From: Octopus bimaculoides
Lineage: Eukaryota
Assembly (NCBI RefSeq): GCF_001194135.2
Contig: NC_068983.1
Span: 70,710,493-70,747,453, forward strand
Reading direction: 5' to 3'
Length of the DNA: 36,961 bases
The notes under the pieces are model-generated. The model searched no databases, was not told where the DNA came from, and worked only from the letters and a program-made list of their open reading frames with translations. Positions 35,712-36,961 of the stretch are shown piece by piece (position 1 is the first letter of the stretch; each line of letters opens with the position of its first letter). Made by a program: the position numbers and the translations under genes.

Positions 35712-35855
35712 AAAGTCTATATTATTATATATTATTATGATATGATATTATAAAATTATTATGAGTCTTCCATAGTAGCTTTCTCTCCATGACTTACAAA
35801 GCCTTTCTGGTTTGTTTACAACATATTATATATATTAGTGTATAAGTGTGTGTGC

Positions 35856-35890
<35 letters not shown>

Positions 35891-36000
35891 GATACAGACG
35901 CACACATATATATGCATATACATACATACATACATACATACTCTCATATATAGGTATATGCATACATACATGCATACATACGTATATATATATATATATA

Positions 36001-36429
36001 TAAAATTATAATATAGGGTATCTAAGAGATACCGCCACGCTGAAAAATAGCAGTCAAATCTTGACTCCAAACCACAATAAATGTTCATATAGCACAAGGA
36101 GCGAAGACGAAGACAAAATAAACTAGTAAAAATAACTGGATAACTCCAGATCCCAGATTTCTGGCTTTGCATAATAAATGCTTTGCCTTCATCGGTGGAA
36201 TATACTCAGAAAAGTACATAAATACAAATATATATATATCAACATACGGTATACTTACATATACGAACGTATATATACATATATATGCACGTATGTACAC
36301 GAGCAGCTTAAATTGCCCGCCTAAAAACTCCTCATGCGATATGCTCATAAATATCACCGCAGTAAATTCACTGACAAAATAAATTTATATAAATAAGGAT
36401 AAGATCGATATTTAAAATATTGATTTTAT
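36001..36429. repeat. Left arm of a 429-bp inverted duplication (partial, oppositely oriented MITE copy)
   Basis: Reverse complement of 36494-36922, with 13 substitutions and no indels by my count. Confidence 0.92.
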
Positions 36430-36961
36430 CAAGTGGCCAGCATGGGAATAAAAACCTCAACGGTAACAATTATTTAAAATTATAATATAGGGTATAAAAT
36501 CAATATTTTAAATATCGATCTTATCCTTATTTATATAAATTTATTTTGTCAGTGAATTTACTGCGGTGATATTTCTGACCATATCACACGAGGAGTTTTT
36601 AGGCGGGCAATTTAAGCTGGTCGTGTACATACGTGCATATATATGTATATGTACGTTCGTATATGTAAGTATACCGTATGTTTATATATATATATTTGTA
36701 TTTATGTACTTTTCTGAGTATATTCCACCGATGAAGGCAAAGCATTTATTATGCAAAGCCAGAAATCCGGGATCTTGAGTTATCCAGTTATTTTTACTAG
36801 TTTATTTTGTCTTCGTCTTCGCTCCTTGTGCTATATGAACATTTATTGTGGTTTAGAGTCAAGATTTGACTGCTATTTTTCAGTGTGGTGGTATCTCTTA
36901 AATACCCTATATTATAATTTTAAATAATTGTTACCGTTGAGGTTTTTATTCCCATGCTGGC
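36430..36961. mobile_element. MITE-like element with 66-bp TIRs, running off the window edge
   Basis: 36436-36495 (gccagcatgggaataaaaacc...atagggtat) is the exact reverse complement of 36902-36961. Confidence 0.75.

Noticed and set aside
1-36961. CRISPR arrays, rRNA, operons or prokaryotic systems
   Set aside because: There are no regularly spaced direct repeats with unique spacers and no rRNA-like sequence; the window is eukaryotic repeat-rich DNA.

Overview
This is AT-rich, microsatellite-dense eukaryotic DNA from a draft assembly, with five large N gaps and two 10-N gaps. I could not support any host protein-coding exon. Most ORF-track entries are translations of microsatellites or N runs; the few with recognisable motifs are transposon relics. 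The SINE families and repeat landscape resemble octopus/cephalopod genomes (recognition from memory, not a database search). Recognisable content: (1) a nested complex at about 12.0-15.0 kb, where an old Penelope-like element (PLE) is interrupted by two SINEs and a 5'-truncated R4/Dong-type RLE LINE; (2) a second Dong-type fragment flanked by (TTA)n on both sides; (3) an internally deleted maT (DD37D) transposon; (4) a mariner-type element with about 165-bp inverted arms; (5) several tRNA-derived SINEs; (6) two well-formed type I hammerhead ribozyme folds on the minus strand (23327-23384 and 27280-27359) plus degenerate ones; (7) a 105-nt hairpin; (8) a 429-bp inverted duplication at the right edge, best explained as two adjacent, oppositely oriented MITE copies. 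I found no clearly new biological system. The hammerheads and the inverted structures most deserve follow-up.
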